From: Octopus sinensis
Taxonomy: Eukaryota
Assembly (NCBI RefSeq): GCF_006345805.1
Contig: NC_043017.1
Coordinates: forward strand, 12,152,001-12,216,000
DNA length: 64,000 nt
Direction of reading: 5' to 3'
A program made the position numbers and the translations under genes. Shown in pieces: positions 40,843-54,029 of this stretch (within the stretch, counting starts at the first letter, position 1; every line of letters begins with the position of its first letter). The notes under the pieces were generated by a model. It worked only from the letters and a program-made list of their open reading frames with translations. It was not told the DNA's origin and did no database searches.

Positions 40843-41134
40843 GGGAGTTGTGGCGTGCTCCTGTAATCTAGCTACTCAGAGGCTTGGTTGGTTGGCCGGT
40901 TTGAGGATGGGAGTCTTGGTAGTCGGTCTTCTATGGCGATCGGGTGTCCGCGCTAAGCTCGGCATCAATATGGTGCTGGAGAGGGAGCTCATCAGGACCA
41001 GGTTGTCTAAGGAGGGTCGCTTCGGCCCAGGGCTAAACGCAGCAGGCAAAAGGCCCCGTGTCGAGCAGTAGTGGGATCGCGCCTGTGAATAGTTGTCGGT
41101 TAGCAGCCTGTTCGATATAACTGAACACCAATCT
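40843..41134 (+). ncRNA. 7SL/SRP RNA copy, near full length, probably a retrocopy
   Basis: Blocks matching metazoan 7SL: GTGGCGTGCTCCTGTAATCTAGCTACTC, GATCGGGTGTCCGCGCTAAGCTCGGCATCAATATGGTG, ACCAGGTTGTCTAAGGAGGG, CAGTAGTGGGATCGCGCCTGTGAATAG. Helix-8 loop deviates from GNRA and no T4 terminator follows. Confidence 0.9.
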
Positions 41135-42429
41135 AATTTAAATGGCGGTGCCCCAGCATGGCCACAGCTCATGAGCTGAAACTAGAATCAATCAATCAAT
41201 CAATGAAAATGGTTATTAAAAGCACCATCCGATCGTGGCCGTTTGCCAGTATCGTCTGGCACCTGTGCTGGTGGCACGTAAAAAGCACCCACTACACTCA
41301 TGGAGTGGTTGGCGTTAGGAAGGGCATCCAGCCGTAGAAACATTGCCAGATCAGACTGGGCCTGGTGCAGCCTTCTGGCTTCACAGACCCCAGTTGAACC
41401 ATCCAACCCATGCCAGCATGGAAAGCGGACGTTAAACAATGATGATGATGATGATGATGAGTTATTACCTTCTTTCTGTTGAAATACACTGCTGGTGTTT
41501 CAGATAATTTTGAAAATAATGAAAAGTTTAATAAAATAACTTTGGTATTACTTAAACAAAGGGAACATAAATTAAAAGGAAATTCTGTTGAAATCTTCTG
41601 CCTTTGTTTCAGTTAATTTTTAGAATAATAAAGAATTTAGTTAATGTCATTATCAAACTGTTGTTCAACACAAATCAACTTGAAATTTTGATGGAAGGTT
41701 TCAGTTTAGATCACTTTAACTCTTTAGTTACCATATTTCTTATTTCTTTACTGCCCACAAGGGGCTACACACAGAGGGGACAAACAAGGACAGACTAACA
41801 GATTAAGTTGATTATATCGACTCCAGTGTGTAACTGGTACTTATTTAATCGACCCCGAAAGGATGAAAGGCAAAATTGATCTCGGCGGAATTTGAACTCA
41901 GAACGTAACGGCAGACGAAATACCTATTTCTTTGCTAACCCACAAGGGGCTACACACAGAGGGGACAAACAAGGACAGACAAACAGATTAAGTCAATTAC
42001 ATTGACTCCAGTGCGTAACTGGTACTTAATTTATCGACCTTGAAGGATGAAAGGCTAAGTCGACCTCGGGGGAATTTGAACTCAAAACATAGCAGCAGAC
42101 GAAATACAGCTAAGCATTTCGCCCGGCGTGCTAATGTTTCTGCCAGCTCACCGCCTTGTTACCATATCTCTCTTGAAATATACTGTTTTTTGTTTCAGTT
42201 AATTTTTATAGTAATGAAGAATTTAGTAAAATAACTGTCATTATTAACCCATTAGCATTAAAACTGGCTAGGTCCAACCCAGATATTCTGTATGTCTTAT
42301 GGTCAAACCAGCCAGATCCAGCCTACAATGTCCTTCTAAAAATAAGCAACCCCCCCCCCCATCCTTAGTAGTGTACTTCTCACCATCTCCCCCTTAGGTC
42401 TACCATCCAAATATTATGTCTGTTACTCA

Positions 42430-42790
42430 AGGATTACATCTCCCACCAACGCATGTTGCATCTTCCACCCAGAGACAGGTTGCATTTCTCATTCAGATAT
42501 GGAGTGCATCTTCCACCCAGATTCAGTACATGTCCTACCCTGGATTCATGTGTCCCCCCTCCCCCCAGATTACATTTCTCATTCAAGAATAGCATATCCT
42601 CTACCCAAAGTGCACATCCCTTCGCCCAGAGTTCACATCTTCTATTCCAGGATCACATGCTCCTCCCAGAGACCACATGCCTCTCCCGGGGATCACATGC
42701 CCCACCCAGGGGAGGAGGTCACATCTTGCACCCGGAGGCGGGGGTCACATCTTCCATATAGAGATATCACATTCCCCCACACCCTGCCTA
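42430..42790. repeat. Highly degenerate C-rich minisatellite (CACATCTTC/ATCCC motif)
   Basis: Recurrent (T)CACATC/TGCATC motif roughly every 20-25 bp. Confidence 0.55.
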
Positions 42791-44021
42791 ATTTCACATT
42801 GTTCAGTAGTCCAGTCACTAATAGAACTAAAGACACTAAAGTACAAAAATGGTATTAACACAGTTCCACTGACATTGTTCTATTCTTCCCTTTGTATGAC
42901 CAGAACAATACCAGAAATATTAACAGAAGAGAGATAATAAGTATAGGATGTTGCATTGTCTCTTTGACAATCTTTTGATTAATTCTTGGAGTTCAGTTCC
43001 TCAAAATAATAAAATAATGGTCAGAATAATTGCAAGAATACAAACTTCTTTAGCTAAAAGCCATTTTTACGTAAAAAAAAAAAAAAGACTAATTTTGATT
43101 AATTTAAAACGAGGTTTGAGAAGAGCAATGGTCATTATGCTGGAGCAAGTCTTTGGATTAATAAAAAGACAAATTAATAGGCAATGGAGCTTTATTGTGT
43201 TGGAGGAGCATTGTTCGTGACACAGATCTTCTAAGTTTGTAAAGATAATTGTATGCGATGGTTCTGTTGACCTTGTCACACAGATAGGAGCCAATGGCAA
43301 AAGTGGATGAGATTGGTTAGGATTAAGTGCATGACTCCACTTATGGAAAGTAGAGATGAGATGGGAAAATGCTATATTTTATTCTTATTCCTCTGCAACA
43401 GTGATTCCCTATGTGGGGACATATGTACCAAAGGTAGGGGCCGAGGAAAATTGTGATAGGACATAGGACCCGCTTTTTTTTTCCTTTTGGTAAAAATCTT
43501 TTTTCACAGCAAACATAGAACATGTATACTCAGCCTAACCAAACCTGAGCACTGTATACAATAATTTAAACACCATCCGATTGTGGCCGTTGCCAGCCTC
43601 GCCTGGCCTCCGTGCCAGTGGCACGTAAAAAGCACCATCCGAGCGTGGCCGTTCGCCAGCCTCGTCTAGCACCTGTGTCGGTGGCATGTAAAAAGCACCC
43701 ACTACACTCACGGAGTGGTTGACGTTAGGAAGGGCATCCAGCTGTAGAAACACTGTCAGATCAGACTGGAGCCTGGTGCAGCCTTCGGGCTTCCCAGGCC
43801 CCAGTTGAACCGTCCAACCCATGCTAGCATGGAAAGCGGACGTTAAACGATGATGATGAATCCCTCCAGCCAAGCATATTGTGGGAAGACTGTTTGCTTT
43901 TCTAATGTCCTAATATGGATAGCAGACGTAAAATTACAATATGTGGTCATTTACAGCTGAAGCTAACAAAACTCTCTCCTTGAATCAAGGTAATCATTGT
44001 TGCCAGGCACAAGTTTCTCAT

Positions 44022-44225
44022 TTAACCCTTTAGCATTTGAGCCAGCCAGCCCCAGCCCAAATATTCCACCTGTTTTATGCTCTCACATCTACTCAACAAT
44101 GTCATATTAAAAATATATAATCACATCATAAAAAATTTCAGAGTTATGAAATAAAGTATGATTAATTCAAAACTAATTAAACAGGCATTGCATTTGGCAG
44201 AATAATCAGAATGCTAAAAGATTAA
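44022..44225. mobile_element. piggyBac-like MITE (TTAA-CCC ends)
   Basis: TTAA|CCCTTTAGCATT ... AATGCTAAAAGA|TTAA; relatives at about 42244, 51951 and 52738. Confidence 0.55.
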
Positions 44226-45712
44226 ATCGTTTACTTTTTTTTTCTTAATCAGTAAATGTGTCTTTATTTTGTATTCAGGAGTGGCTGTGTGGTAAGTAGC
44301 TTGTTTACTAACCACATGGTTCCAGGTTCAGTCCCACTGCATGGCACCTTGGGCAAGTGTCTTCTACTATAGCCTCGGGCTGACCAAAGCCTTGTGAGTG
44401 GATGTGGTAGACGGAAACTGAAAGAAGCCCGTCGTATATATGTATATATATATATATATATATGCATGTTTGTGTTTGTCCCCCTAGCATTGCTTGACAA
44501 CCGATGCTGGTGTGTTTATGTCCCCGTTACTTAGCGGTTCGGCAAAAGAGACCGATAGAATAAGTACTGGGCTTACAAAAGAATAAGTCCTGGGGTCGAG
44601 TTGCTCGATTAAAGGCGGTGCTCCAGCATGGCCACAGTCAAATGACTGAAACAAGTAAAAGAGTTCTTAATGAAAGAGTTACCGGTAGACTTTTTTGTAT
44701 TAAGTAATTGTGATAAGATACTCTTTTACTTGTTTCAGTCATTTGACTGCAGCCATGCTGGAGCACCATCTTTAGCTGAGCAAAGCAGAATAATGTCTTT
44801 GCCACTCGACCCTTCTAACCTCTTCTAGGCCACCAGGGGCTGGAATGGAGATAACAGACCTCCAATAAAATCATTTGTTTTCAACAATATGTATATCCTT
44901 CTGGCTGCTTTTTGATAGTTATTAAAACAAGAATTCCGTAAGCTAAAGGCAGTTACTGAGAGTAACCATTCATATATTTATATGATAGATAAGGCACAGG
45001 AATGGCTGTGTGGTAAGAAGCTTGCTTCCCAACCACTTGGTTTCAGGTTCAGTCCCACTGTGTGACACTTTGGGTAAGTGTCTTGTACTATAGCCTTGGG
45101 CTCACCAAAGCCTTGTGAGTAGATTTGGTAGACAGAAACTGAAGGAATCCCATCGTATGTATGTATTTATTTATTTGTGTGTCTGTGTTTGTTCCCTCAC
45201 TGATGTTGGTATGTTTACATCCCTGAAACCTAGCGGTTTGGCAAAAGAGACCGATAGAATAAATACTAGGCTTACAAAGAATAAGTCCCGGGGGTAAATT
45301 TATTTGACTAAAGGCAGTGCCTCACTGTATGTATGAATATATATATATATATATCATCATCATCATCATCGTTTAGCATCCGCTTTCCATGCTAGCATGG
45401 GTTGGACAGTTCAATTGGGGTCTGGGAAGCCAGAAGGCTGCACCAGGCCCAGTCTGATCTGGCAATGTTTCTACGGCTGGATGCCCTTCCTAACGCCAAC
45501 CACTTCGTGAGTGTAGTGGGTGCTTTTTACATGCCACTGGCACAGGTGCCATATATATATATATATATTATATATATATATATATATACACACACACAGA
45601 AGGCTGCACCAGGCCCAGTCTGATCTGGCAATGTTTCTACGGCTGGATGCCCTTCCTAACGCCAACCACTTCGTGAGTGTAGTGGGTGCTTTTTACATGC
45701 CACTGGCACAGG

Positions 45713-45765
<53 letters not shown>

Positions 45766-47593
45766 AACAAACACACATGCTCTTACACATACATAAGTGT
45801 GTGTATGACTCAGATGGAGTTATTCTGTTCATTCAGTTGAAATACTTCCATGGAGAATGTATATAATGACTTGTTCAGTCGTTTTAGCTATGCATGTATT
45901 CTTTACACAACAGGAATAATGTGAATATAATTAAATAAACTGCACAAAGAAAGTATGAAACATTTACCACAAATAAATATTTACACCACATTTAGATGCT
46001 TTGATGACCAATTAACAAGTCGGTCGTTTTATTTATATAGTAAATCAGAATAGACACAGGTGTGGCTGTGTGGAAGGAAACTTACTTCCCATCCACATGG
46101 TCCAGAGTTCAATCCCACTGCATGGTTCCTTGGGCAAGTACCCTCCTCTGTAGCTCAGGGCCGACAAAAGCCTTGTGGGTGGATTTGGTAGATAGAAACT
46201 GAAAGAAGCTTGCTGTTGTTGTTGTTGTTGTGTGTGTGTAGTATTGACAGAAATGATTTGTGTGTGTGTGAATGTTTATACTTCATTAATGCCTTGAGAC
46301 ATGTTTCCATCCACAAATCACTTTTGTTATATCATCATCATCATCATCATCGTTTAACGTCCGCTTTCCATGCTAGCATGGGTTGGACGGTTCAACTGGG
46401 GTCTGGCGAGCCCGAAGGCTGCACCAGGCCAGTCAGATCTGGCAGTGTTTCTACAGCTGGATGCCCTTCCTAACGCCAACCACTCCGAGAGTGTAGTGGG
46501 TGATTTTATGTGCCACCGACACAGGTGCCAGACGAGGCTGGCAGACGGCCACGCTCGGATGGTGTTTTTTATGTGCCACCGACACAGGTGCCAGACGAGG
46601 CTGGCGAACGGCCACGATCGGATGGTGTTTAACTATATTTATATGGAGATATAACTGTTGGTAGCTGACAACAAGAAGCATATGAGCTTTTACGAATGCA
46701 TTCAGAGGCATTTGCCTAAATGAATTAAAGATATATATATCATCATTTAGCATCTGCTTTCCATGCAGGCATGGGTTAGATGGTTCGACTGGAACTGGTA
46801 AGCTGGAGAGCTGCACCAGGTTCCAATCTGATTTGACATGTCCTAACACCAACCACAAGTTGATAATTCTTTGACATCCTTCTGCTACTGCCTGCAGGGT
46901 TAAATTCTGTTCTAGGATTGTAAGGATCTGTGCTTGTATTTTGCATCTTTGCTTGCCATCAAACCTTGCACAAAGGCATGGCATTTAAACAAGTTATTTT
47001 CGCAATTTATATTTCTGTATGTTATATTTTAATAATTACTGGTATCTTTATATATTAATATATTTTATATGTAAAGCATAATATGTTATACATGTATGTA
47101 TATTCTTGTAATTGTCATTTAAGTAAATAAATGAATAAATGGAAAAGTTTTTGACATTTCGAGTCTACACTCTTCAACAGAAAAGTATGAAAGGGAAAAA
47201 GATGGAGAGAGAAAAAAATGTGTAGGGGGTAACGGTTTAACATAATGAGATATATATATATATATATATATCACCATGACCAACCAGGCTATCAGATGTT
47301 GCTACACATCGCTGGTCACAATGCACTTTGCATTGATTTAGCCTTCAAATGATGCCACCCCACTGGCTAAGCAAGCAGCCAACAGAAGAAAGAGTGAGAG
47401 AAAGTTGTGGCGAAAGAGTACAGCAGGGATCGCCACCACCCCCTGCCAGAGCCTTGTGGAGCTTTAGGTGCTTTCGCTCAATAAACACTCACAACGCCTG
47501 GTCTGGGGATCGAAACCGTGAAACCACTGGGCCATTGTGCCTACACACACACACAAACGCAATCAGTCATTGGTTTACATGCAGGCGAAAAAA

Positions 47594-47825
47594 GGCGGCG
47601 AGCTGGCAGAAACGTTAGCATGCCGGGCGAAATGCGTAGCCGTATTTCGTCTCCCGCTACGTTCTGAGTTCAAATTCCGCCGAGGTCGACTTTGCCTTTC
47701 ATCCTTTCGGGGTCGATAAATTAAGTACCAGTTGCGCACTGGGGTCGATGTAATCGACTTAATCTGTTTGTCTGTCCTTGTTTGTCCCCTCTGTGTTTAG
47801 CCCCTTGTGGGTAGTAAAGAAATAG
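47594..47825 (+). mobile_element. tRNA-derived SINE family D (representative copy)
   Basis: GGCGGCGAGCTGGCAGAAACGTTAGC...GAGTTCAAATTCC then GCCTTTCATCCTTTCGGGGTCGATAAATTAAGTACC; copies 13940-14082(-), 36660-36890(-), 38625-38760(-), 41737-42155(-, duplicated), 56393-56624(+), decayed cluster 60157-61180(+). Confidence 0.85.
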
Positions 47826-49654
47826 GTTTACATGCAGGCATTGTGTTGTTTATTTAGATCACATTTCCAAAGTATCACTTGTCTTATTTTTGATTGGTTT
47901 GTTTGTGTGATTATTTTTGTATATGTACATCAGGGATGTACAATCATACACATTTGTACATCCATGTGTATGTCTCTATGTGTGTTTGTGTGTGTGTGTT
48001 TGTTCACACAGACACATGGTTTCTTTATAAATATATCAAATTTTTTTTGTATGGTTGTCACTGTCAAAGCTGTAATCATCATTGTCGTTGTCAACCTCAT
48101 CACAAGCATTGTGGTCAGTGTTTCATCTCTATCACAAGCATTATCTCCTCCTCCACCTCATCATCATAATGGCCATCCTTACCAAGTGTTACCTTCACCA
48201 TGACCACCACTGATCAATTGGTGGCTATCCAGCAGCTGGACTGTCATTCATCATCTTCACTGTTACTGTCCCCTTACTCTAACATCATCCTCACACCACC
48301 ACTACCATCATCATCATTGGCACTACTACTTTCATCATCATCATCATCGCCGTCACTACCATCATGGTGCACCATCATCATAACCATCACCACTACTACC
48401 TTCATCGTCGTCATTGACATCATTATCATTCTCGTTGTAATCAAATGACAGTAAAAGCTGCCGTGTCCACATTACATAATTGACATGGGTGGATTTAACT
48501 TCACTGCAAACACTGTGTTGCTAAGGTGTGGATTACATTAGCAACAGCAGATGGTGGGGTAGGGGAGGGGTAGATAGAGCATGTGTTTGTTTGTGTGTGT
48601 GTGTGAAGATGTTGCATGGAGATGTGAATGGAAGACAGTGTTGGTGGGTGGGTGGGTGGGTGGGAGGGTGTGAGGGAGAAAGTGTGCATGTATGTGAGGT
48701 GTGTGTGTGTGTGTGTGTGAAGGATGTTATCTGAGTGTGTGGTGGAGAAAGTGATTGGGTGAGAAGAGGGGGAAAACTTAATCCAGACTCCCCCGTTTCA
48801 TCATCATTTAATGCCCAGCTTCCATGTTGGAATGTGTTGCACAGTTTTAAAAAAGTTCTAAGTTAGGGAACTGCATTAAGCTCCAATGCATTCTTTGGCA
48901 TAGTTTTTATGGCCAAATGTCCTTACTACTGCCAATCACTTTTCAGAATATATTGGCTCTGTGCCGGTGGCACGTAAAAAGCACCATCTGAACGTGGCCG
49001 ATGCCAGCGCCGCCTTGACTGGCTTCTGTGCCGGTGGAACATAAAAAGCACCATCTGAACGTGGCCGATGCCAGCGCCGCCTTGCCTGGCTTCCGTGCCG
49101 GTGGCATGTTAAAAGCACCAACCAATCGTGTCCGCTGCCAGACTACCCCCCTGGCACGTAAAAAGCACCCACTACACTCGCGGAGTGGTTGGCATTAGGA
49201 AGGGCATCCAGCTGTAGAAACACTGCCAGATCAGATTGGAGCCTGGTGCAGCCTTCTGGCTTCCCAGATCCCCGGTCGAGCCGTCCGACTCATGCTAGCA
49301 TGGGAAACGGACGTTAAACGATGATGATGATGACTGGGTCCTTTTTTTTTTTTTTTTTTTTTCATGTTACCAACACTAATGAGGACTGCCTTGTAACTCA
49401 CAAGGCTAAGGTCCTAAAGGGGCCCTTATAACTGAAAGAGAACTGAAGAGGGAGTAGGCAATAGTCTTAGGTGAAAATGTCTTCCAAATTTTATTGCTGT
49501 TAAGGTGACAAACTGGCAGAATTGTTAGCATGCCGGACAACATGCTTAGTAGCAATTTGTACATCTTCACATTCTTAGTTCGAATTCTGCCAAGACTGAC
49601 TTAGCCTTCCATCCTTTCAAAGTCAATAAAATAAGTACCAGTTGAGCACTAGGG

Positions 49655-50030
49655 ATTATAATAATAATAATAATAATTGTGTACAGTGCTCAGGTGCACT
49701 ACAACTCATCTAAAGTGTATATATAATCAGGGGTAGTTTCGGCGGATTTCGGAGAGCATGAGGGCCTTAAAGGATGCAGTGTCATGGCAGTCAACAACTG
49801 ACGCAGGCAGTTTATTCCATGCTTCAGCAACTCTGAGCGTGAAAAAATGTTTCCGAAAGTCATGGGAGCTGTGTTGTTTTCTGACTTTGTAGGCATGTCC
49901 ACGTGTGTTAGACACATGGAGATCAAAAAGGTGTTCAGTGTTGTTGTTGTTGGTGAGGTGGTTGATAACTTTGTGGGTGATTACCAAGTCCGTCACCAGA
50001 CGCCGGAGCTTCAGTGAATCCATTGATGTA
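49655..50030 (-). mobile_element. CR1-group LINE 3' end
   Basis: SLKLRRLVTDL...NTRGHAYKVRKQHSSHDFRKHFFTLRVAEAWNKLP, plus the same 3' UTR and (ATT)n tail. Confidence 0.85.
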
Positions 50031-50150
50031 ATCAATTTAACCCCTCCCTGGAAATTGCTGGCCTTGTGCCAAAATTCGAAACCATTAAAATTGCAATCAT
50101 TTTCGGTTTATTTCCTTGTATTTATATATTTATTTTCTTGTCTTTTCTAG

Positions 50151-50407
50151 TGTCGGCCCTTGGGCCTCCGCCATCCTATGATTCTGTTATGCAAGGTGAA
50201 GCCTACTCTGGTGTTCCAGCGCATGGCCCTTACCAGCCAGCTCCCCCATATTCTCAGATTCCTGGTTATAGCACACATCCTCAACAACCTTACAACCCAT
50301 CAAATATTGGCTTTACACCATATGGAGTACCACCACAGCAAACAGTACCACCCATGGTAGTGACAGGGCAACCATCACATGTTCAAACCTACCCAACAAC
50401 AGTTATT
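50151..50407 (+). CDS. Pro/Tyr/Gln-rich exon with PPSY and APPY motifs (tail-anchored PPxY protein)
   Basis: Strong acceptor (ttttcttgtcttttctag) and donor ATT|GTAAGA; phase 1 to 0; SALGPPPSYDSVMQGEAYSGVPAHGPYQPAPPYSQIPGYSTHPQQPYNPSNIGFTPYGVPPQQTVPPMVVTGQPSHVQTYPTTVI; non-repeat sequence. Confidence 0.85.
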
Positions 50408-53199
50408 GTAAGATATTTTTATTAATATTTAAAAAAACTTTTTTTTACTGATTTATTTCCTTTATTTCTGTATATGTCTCCTTGTGCTTCAGGTTTGATT
50501 TTCTTAAGTGGAAAGTGTGGCTGTGTGGTGAAATTTACTTTTGAGTAGCATGATTTTGAGTTCAATCCCTCTACTCTTTTACTCTTTTACTTGTTTCAGT
50601 CATTTGACTGCGGCCATGCTGGAGCACTGCCGTTAATCGAGCAACTCGACCCTGGGACTTTTTTTTTTGTAAGCCCAGTACTTATTCTATCGGTCTCTTT
50701 TGCCGAACCGCTAAGTTACGGGGACATAAACACACCAGCATCGGTTGTCAAGCAATGCTAGGGGGACAATCACAGACACACAAACATAGACACGCATACA
50801 TATATACGACGGGCTTCTTTCAGTTTCCGTCTACCAAATCCACTCACAAGGCTTTGGTCGGCCCGAGGCTATAGTAGAAGACACTTGCCCAAGGTGCCAA
50901 GCTGTGGGAGTGAACCCGGAACCATGTGGTTGGTAAACAAGCTACTTACCACGCAGCCACGGCAATTTTTTTTTTTTAATGGATGAATGCCCTTCCTATC
51001 TGTCTCACTTGTTTCCAAGCAAGGTAACCTTTCTCCATAGCTAGAGATCTTTTTCATGGAATACTGGAAATTAACAGCCCCACTAATCTGACAACAAGGC
51101 TCATATTTATAACCATCGTAGACAAGACTACGCACACACACACACACACAACTGGTTGTCAAGCAGTGATGAGGAACAATCACACACACATGATGTGCTT
51201 CTTTCAGTTTCCATCTACCAAATTCACCCACATGGCTTTGGCTCACCCAATGTTATAGTAGAAGACACTTGCCCAATGTGCCATACTGTAGAACGGAACC
51301 CAGAACCATGAATCTTTTTACCACACAGCCACGTCTATGCCTATACTCTTTTACTTGTTTCAGTCATTTGACTGTGGCCATGCTGGAGCACCGCCTTTAA
51401 TCGAGCAACTCGACCCCGGGACTTATTCTTTTGTAAGCCCAGTACTTATTCTATCGGTTTCTTTTGCCGAACCGCTAAGTAACGGGGACATAAACACACC
51501 AGCATCGGTTGTCAAGCAATGCTAGGGGTGCAAACACAGACACACAAACATACATATATATATATATATACATATATACGACAGGCTTCTTTCAGTTTCC
51601 GTCTACCAAATCCACTCACAAGGCATTGGTCGGCCCAGGGCTATAGCAGAAGACACTTGCCCAAGATGCCACGCAGTGGGACTGAACCCGGAACCATGTG
51701 GTTGGTTAGCAAGCTACTTACCACACAGCCACGTCTATGCCTGTGTATATTTTTTAAAAAAGAAAATGTGTAAATTAATTATCATTAAAACAATGTTTCT
51801 ATTATATCTAAAATAGATTGTTGCCTCCCAAATTTCAGTATTTTATTTGATTTTACTACATTTAATATACCTGTATTTTAATAAGTTAATAAAACTTGTT
51901 CATATTTTTATTTCTTCCTATTTCTCTCATTTCTGCTATATTCAGAATATTAACCCTTAAACTGGCCATATACAGCTCAAATATCCTATCTGTTTTATGT
52001 TCAAACTGGCCGGATCTGACCTCTCACATCTATCCTACAATGTCATTTTAGAAATAAACAATCTCAATATTGAAATCCCAGAGTTATGAGATGATGAATT
52101 CAAAACAATTCTTTTATTCTTTTACTTGTTTCAGTCATTTGACTGCAGCCATGCTGGAGCACCGCTTTAAAGGGTTTTAGTCGAAGAAATTGACCTCAGG
52201 ACTTACTCTTTATAAGCCTAGTACTTATCCTATCGGTCTCTTTTGCCGAACTGCTAAGTTACAGGGATGTAAACGCACCAACATTGGTTGTCAAGCGATG
52301 GTGAAGAGGGACACACAAAGACACACACATAAATAATATATATATATGACAGGCTTCTTTTAGTTTCTGTCTACCAAATCCACTCACAAGGCTTTGGTCA
52401 GCCCAAGGCTATAGTAGAAGACACTTGCCCAAGATGCCACACAGTGAGACTGAACCCAGAACCATGTGGTTGGAAAGCAAGCTTCTTCCCACAGAACCAT
52501 GCCTGTGCCTATCTGAATAAATAAGTATTACATTTGACTGAATGATATGAATATTGTAGGGTTAAAGGTAACACTGATGTGTGTATATAGTTTGAGTTTT
52601 GTATAGTGCTAGGGTAACTTAACCCTTTTGATACCAAGCCGCTAGAGACTTCCTCTGGCTCTTGTACAAATGTTTTGTTTTCAAAAGTTCTGAATTCCAC
52701 CAAACTTTTAGTTGTAATTTATGTTTCTAACATTAGCTTAACCCTTTAGCATTCAAACTGGCCATATCCGGCCGAAATATTCTACTTGTTTTATGCCCAA
52801 ATTTGCCAGATCCAACCTTTCATACCTATCCCACAATGTGATTCTGAAAAATAAACGATCACATTATTGAAATTTTTAAGCTATGAGATAATGCATGGTT
52901 GATTCAAAACAATGTGAATAAATAAGCATTAGATTTGACAAAATAATCTGAACACTACACTAGCTTAATGATAACTAAGTTATTTTACTGAATTTTTTGT
53001 TATATTTAAAATTAATTGAAAGATACACAGGCGCAGGAGTGGCTGTGTGGTAAGTAGCTTGTCTACCAACCACATGGTTCCGGGTTCAGTCCCACTGCGT
53101 GGCACCTTGGGCAAGTGTCTTCTACTATAGCCTCGGGCCGACCAAAGCCTTGTGAGTGGATTTGGTAGACGGAAACCGAAAGAAGCCCGTCGTATATAC

Positions 53200-53242
<43 letters not shown>

Positions 53243-53638
53243 TGTGTGTGTTTTGTGTCTGTTTGTCCTCTAGCATTGCTTGACAACCGATGCTGGTGTG
53301 TTTATGTCCCCGTTACTTAGCGGTTCGGCAAAAGACCGATAGAATAAGTACTGGGCTTACAAAAGAATAAGTCCCGGGGTCGAGTTGCTCGATTAAAGGC
53401 GGTGCTCCAGCATGGCCGCAGTCAAATGACTGAAACAAGTAAAAGAGTAGAGTATCTCAACAGAAATATGGCAACAAAAGTGTTTAAAAAGTCATCAGCC
53501 ATCCAAAAAATTCATTTAATAGGTAACTCACCATTCCCAATTATGCCAATTAGGAGAGAATTTACTGTATTTGTTAGAAATCAAAAGTTTCCACTCTGAA
53601 TATGTCTTTGACTGGATCTGGTTTGTCTTCTGTTTCAG

Positions 53639-53758
53639 GATTCCACCGGACAAGGAGCACAAGCAGTACCAAACCACAGCCGACGACGAATCATGGCCAT
53701 CCTCCTTGTTATCTTTCTGCCGCTCTGCCTTTTTATATTCATATACCTTCTTTTTTGA
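53639..53758 (+). CDS. Terminal exon encoding RRR plus C-terminal transmembrane helix of the PPxY protein
   Basis: Acceptor gtttgtcttctgtttcag; phase 0 matches the previous donor; DSTGQGAQAVPNHSRRRIMAILLVIFLPLCLFIFIYLLF*; basic cluster followed by about 22 hydrophobic residues. Confidence 0.75.
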   Translation, partial: DSTGQGAQAVPNHSRRRIMAILLVIFLPLCLFIFIYLLF

Positions 53759-54029
53759 TCCCCTCAACAACCTGGACCCATTTCCTTCGTCCCCCAAAGA
53801 CATTTTACGTTTTGTTATCGATGAACCTCATATAAAGGGCTTTGTGGCTGTTTTGTTATTTGCCCTCCTCCTCTCTCTCTTTACCCCCTTCTGTTGGTAC
53901 CCCTACATCACTACATTGCCTTGTCTGGTTATTTAAAACTGTGAATGCTATTCTGTGTGACATGGTGACTATAATGTGTAACATAAATAGAATGATCTGT
54001 GACAGAACACATCAGACATTGAACAATTA

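Noticed and set aside
48100-48448. Ser/Ile/His-rich ORFs
   Set aside because: Degenerate (CAT)/(CAC) low-complexity tract.
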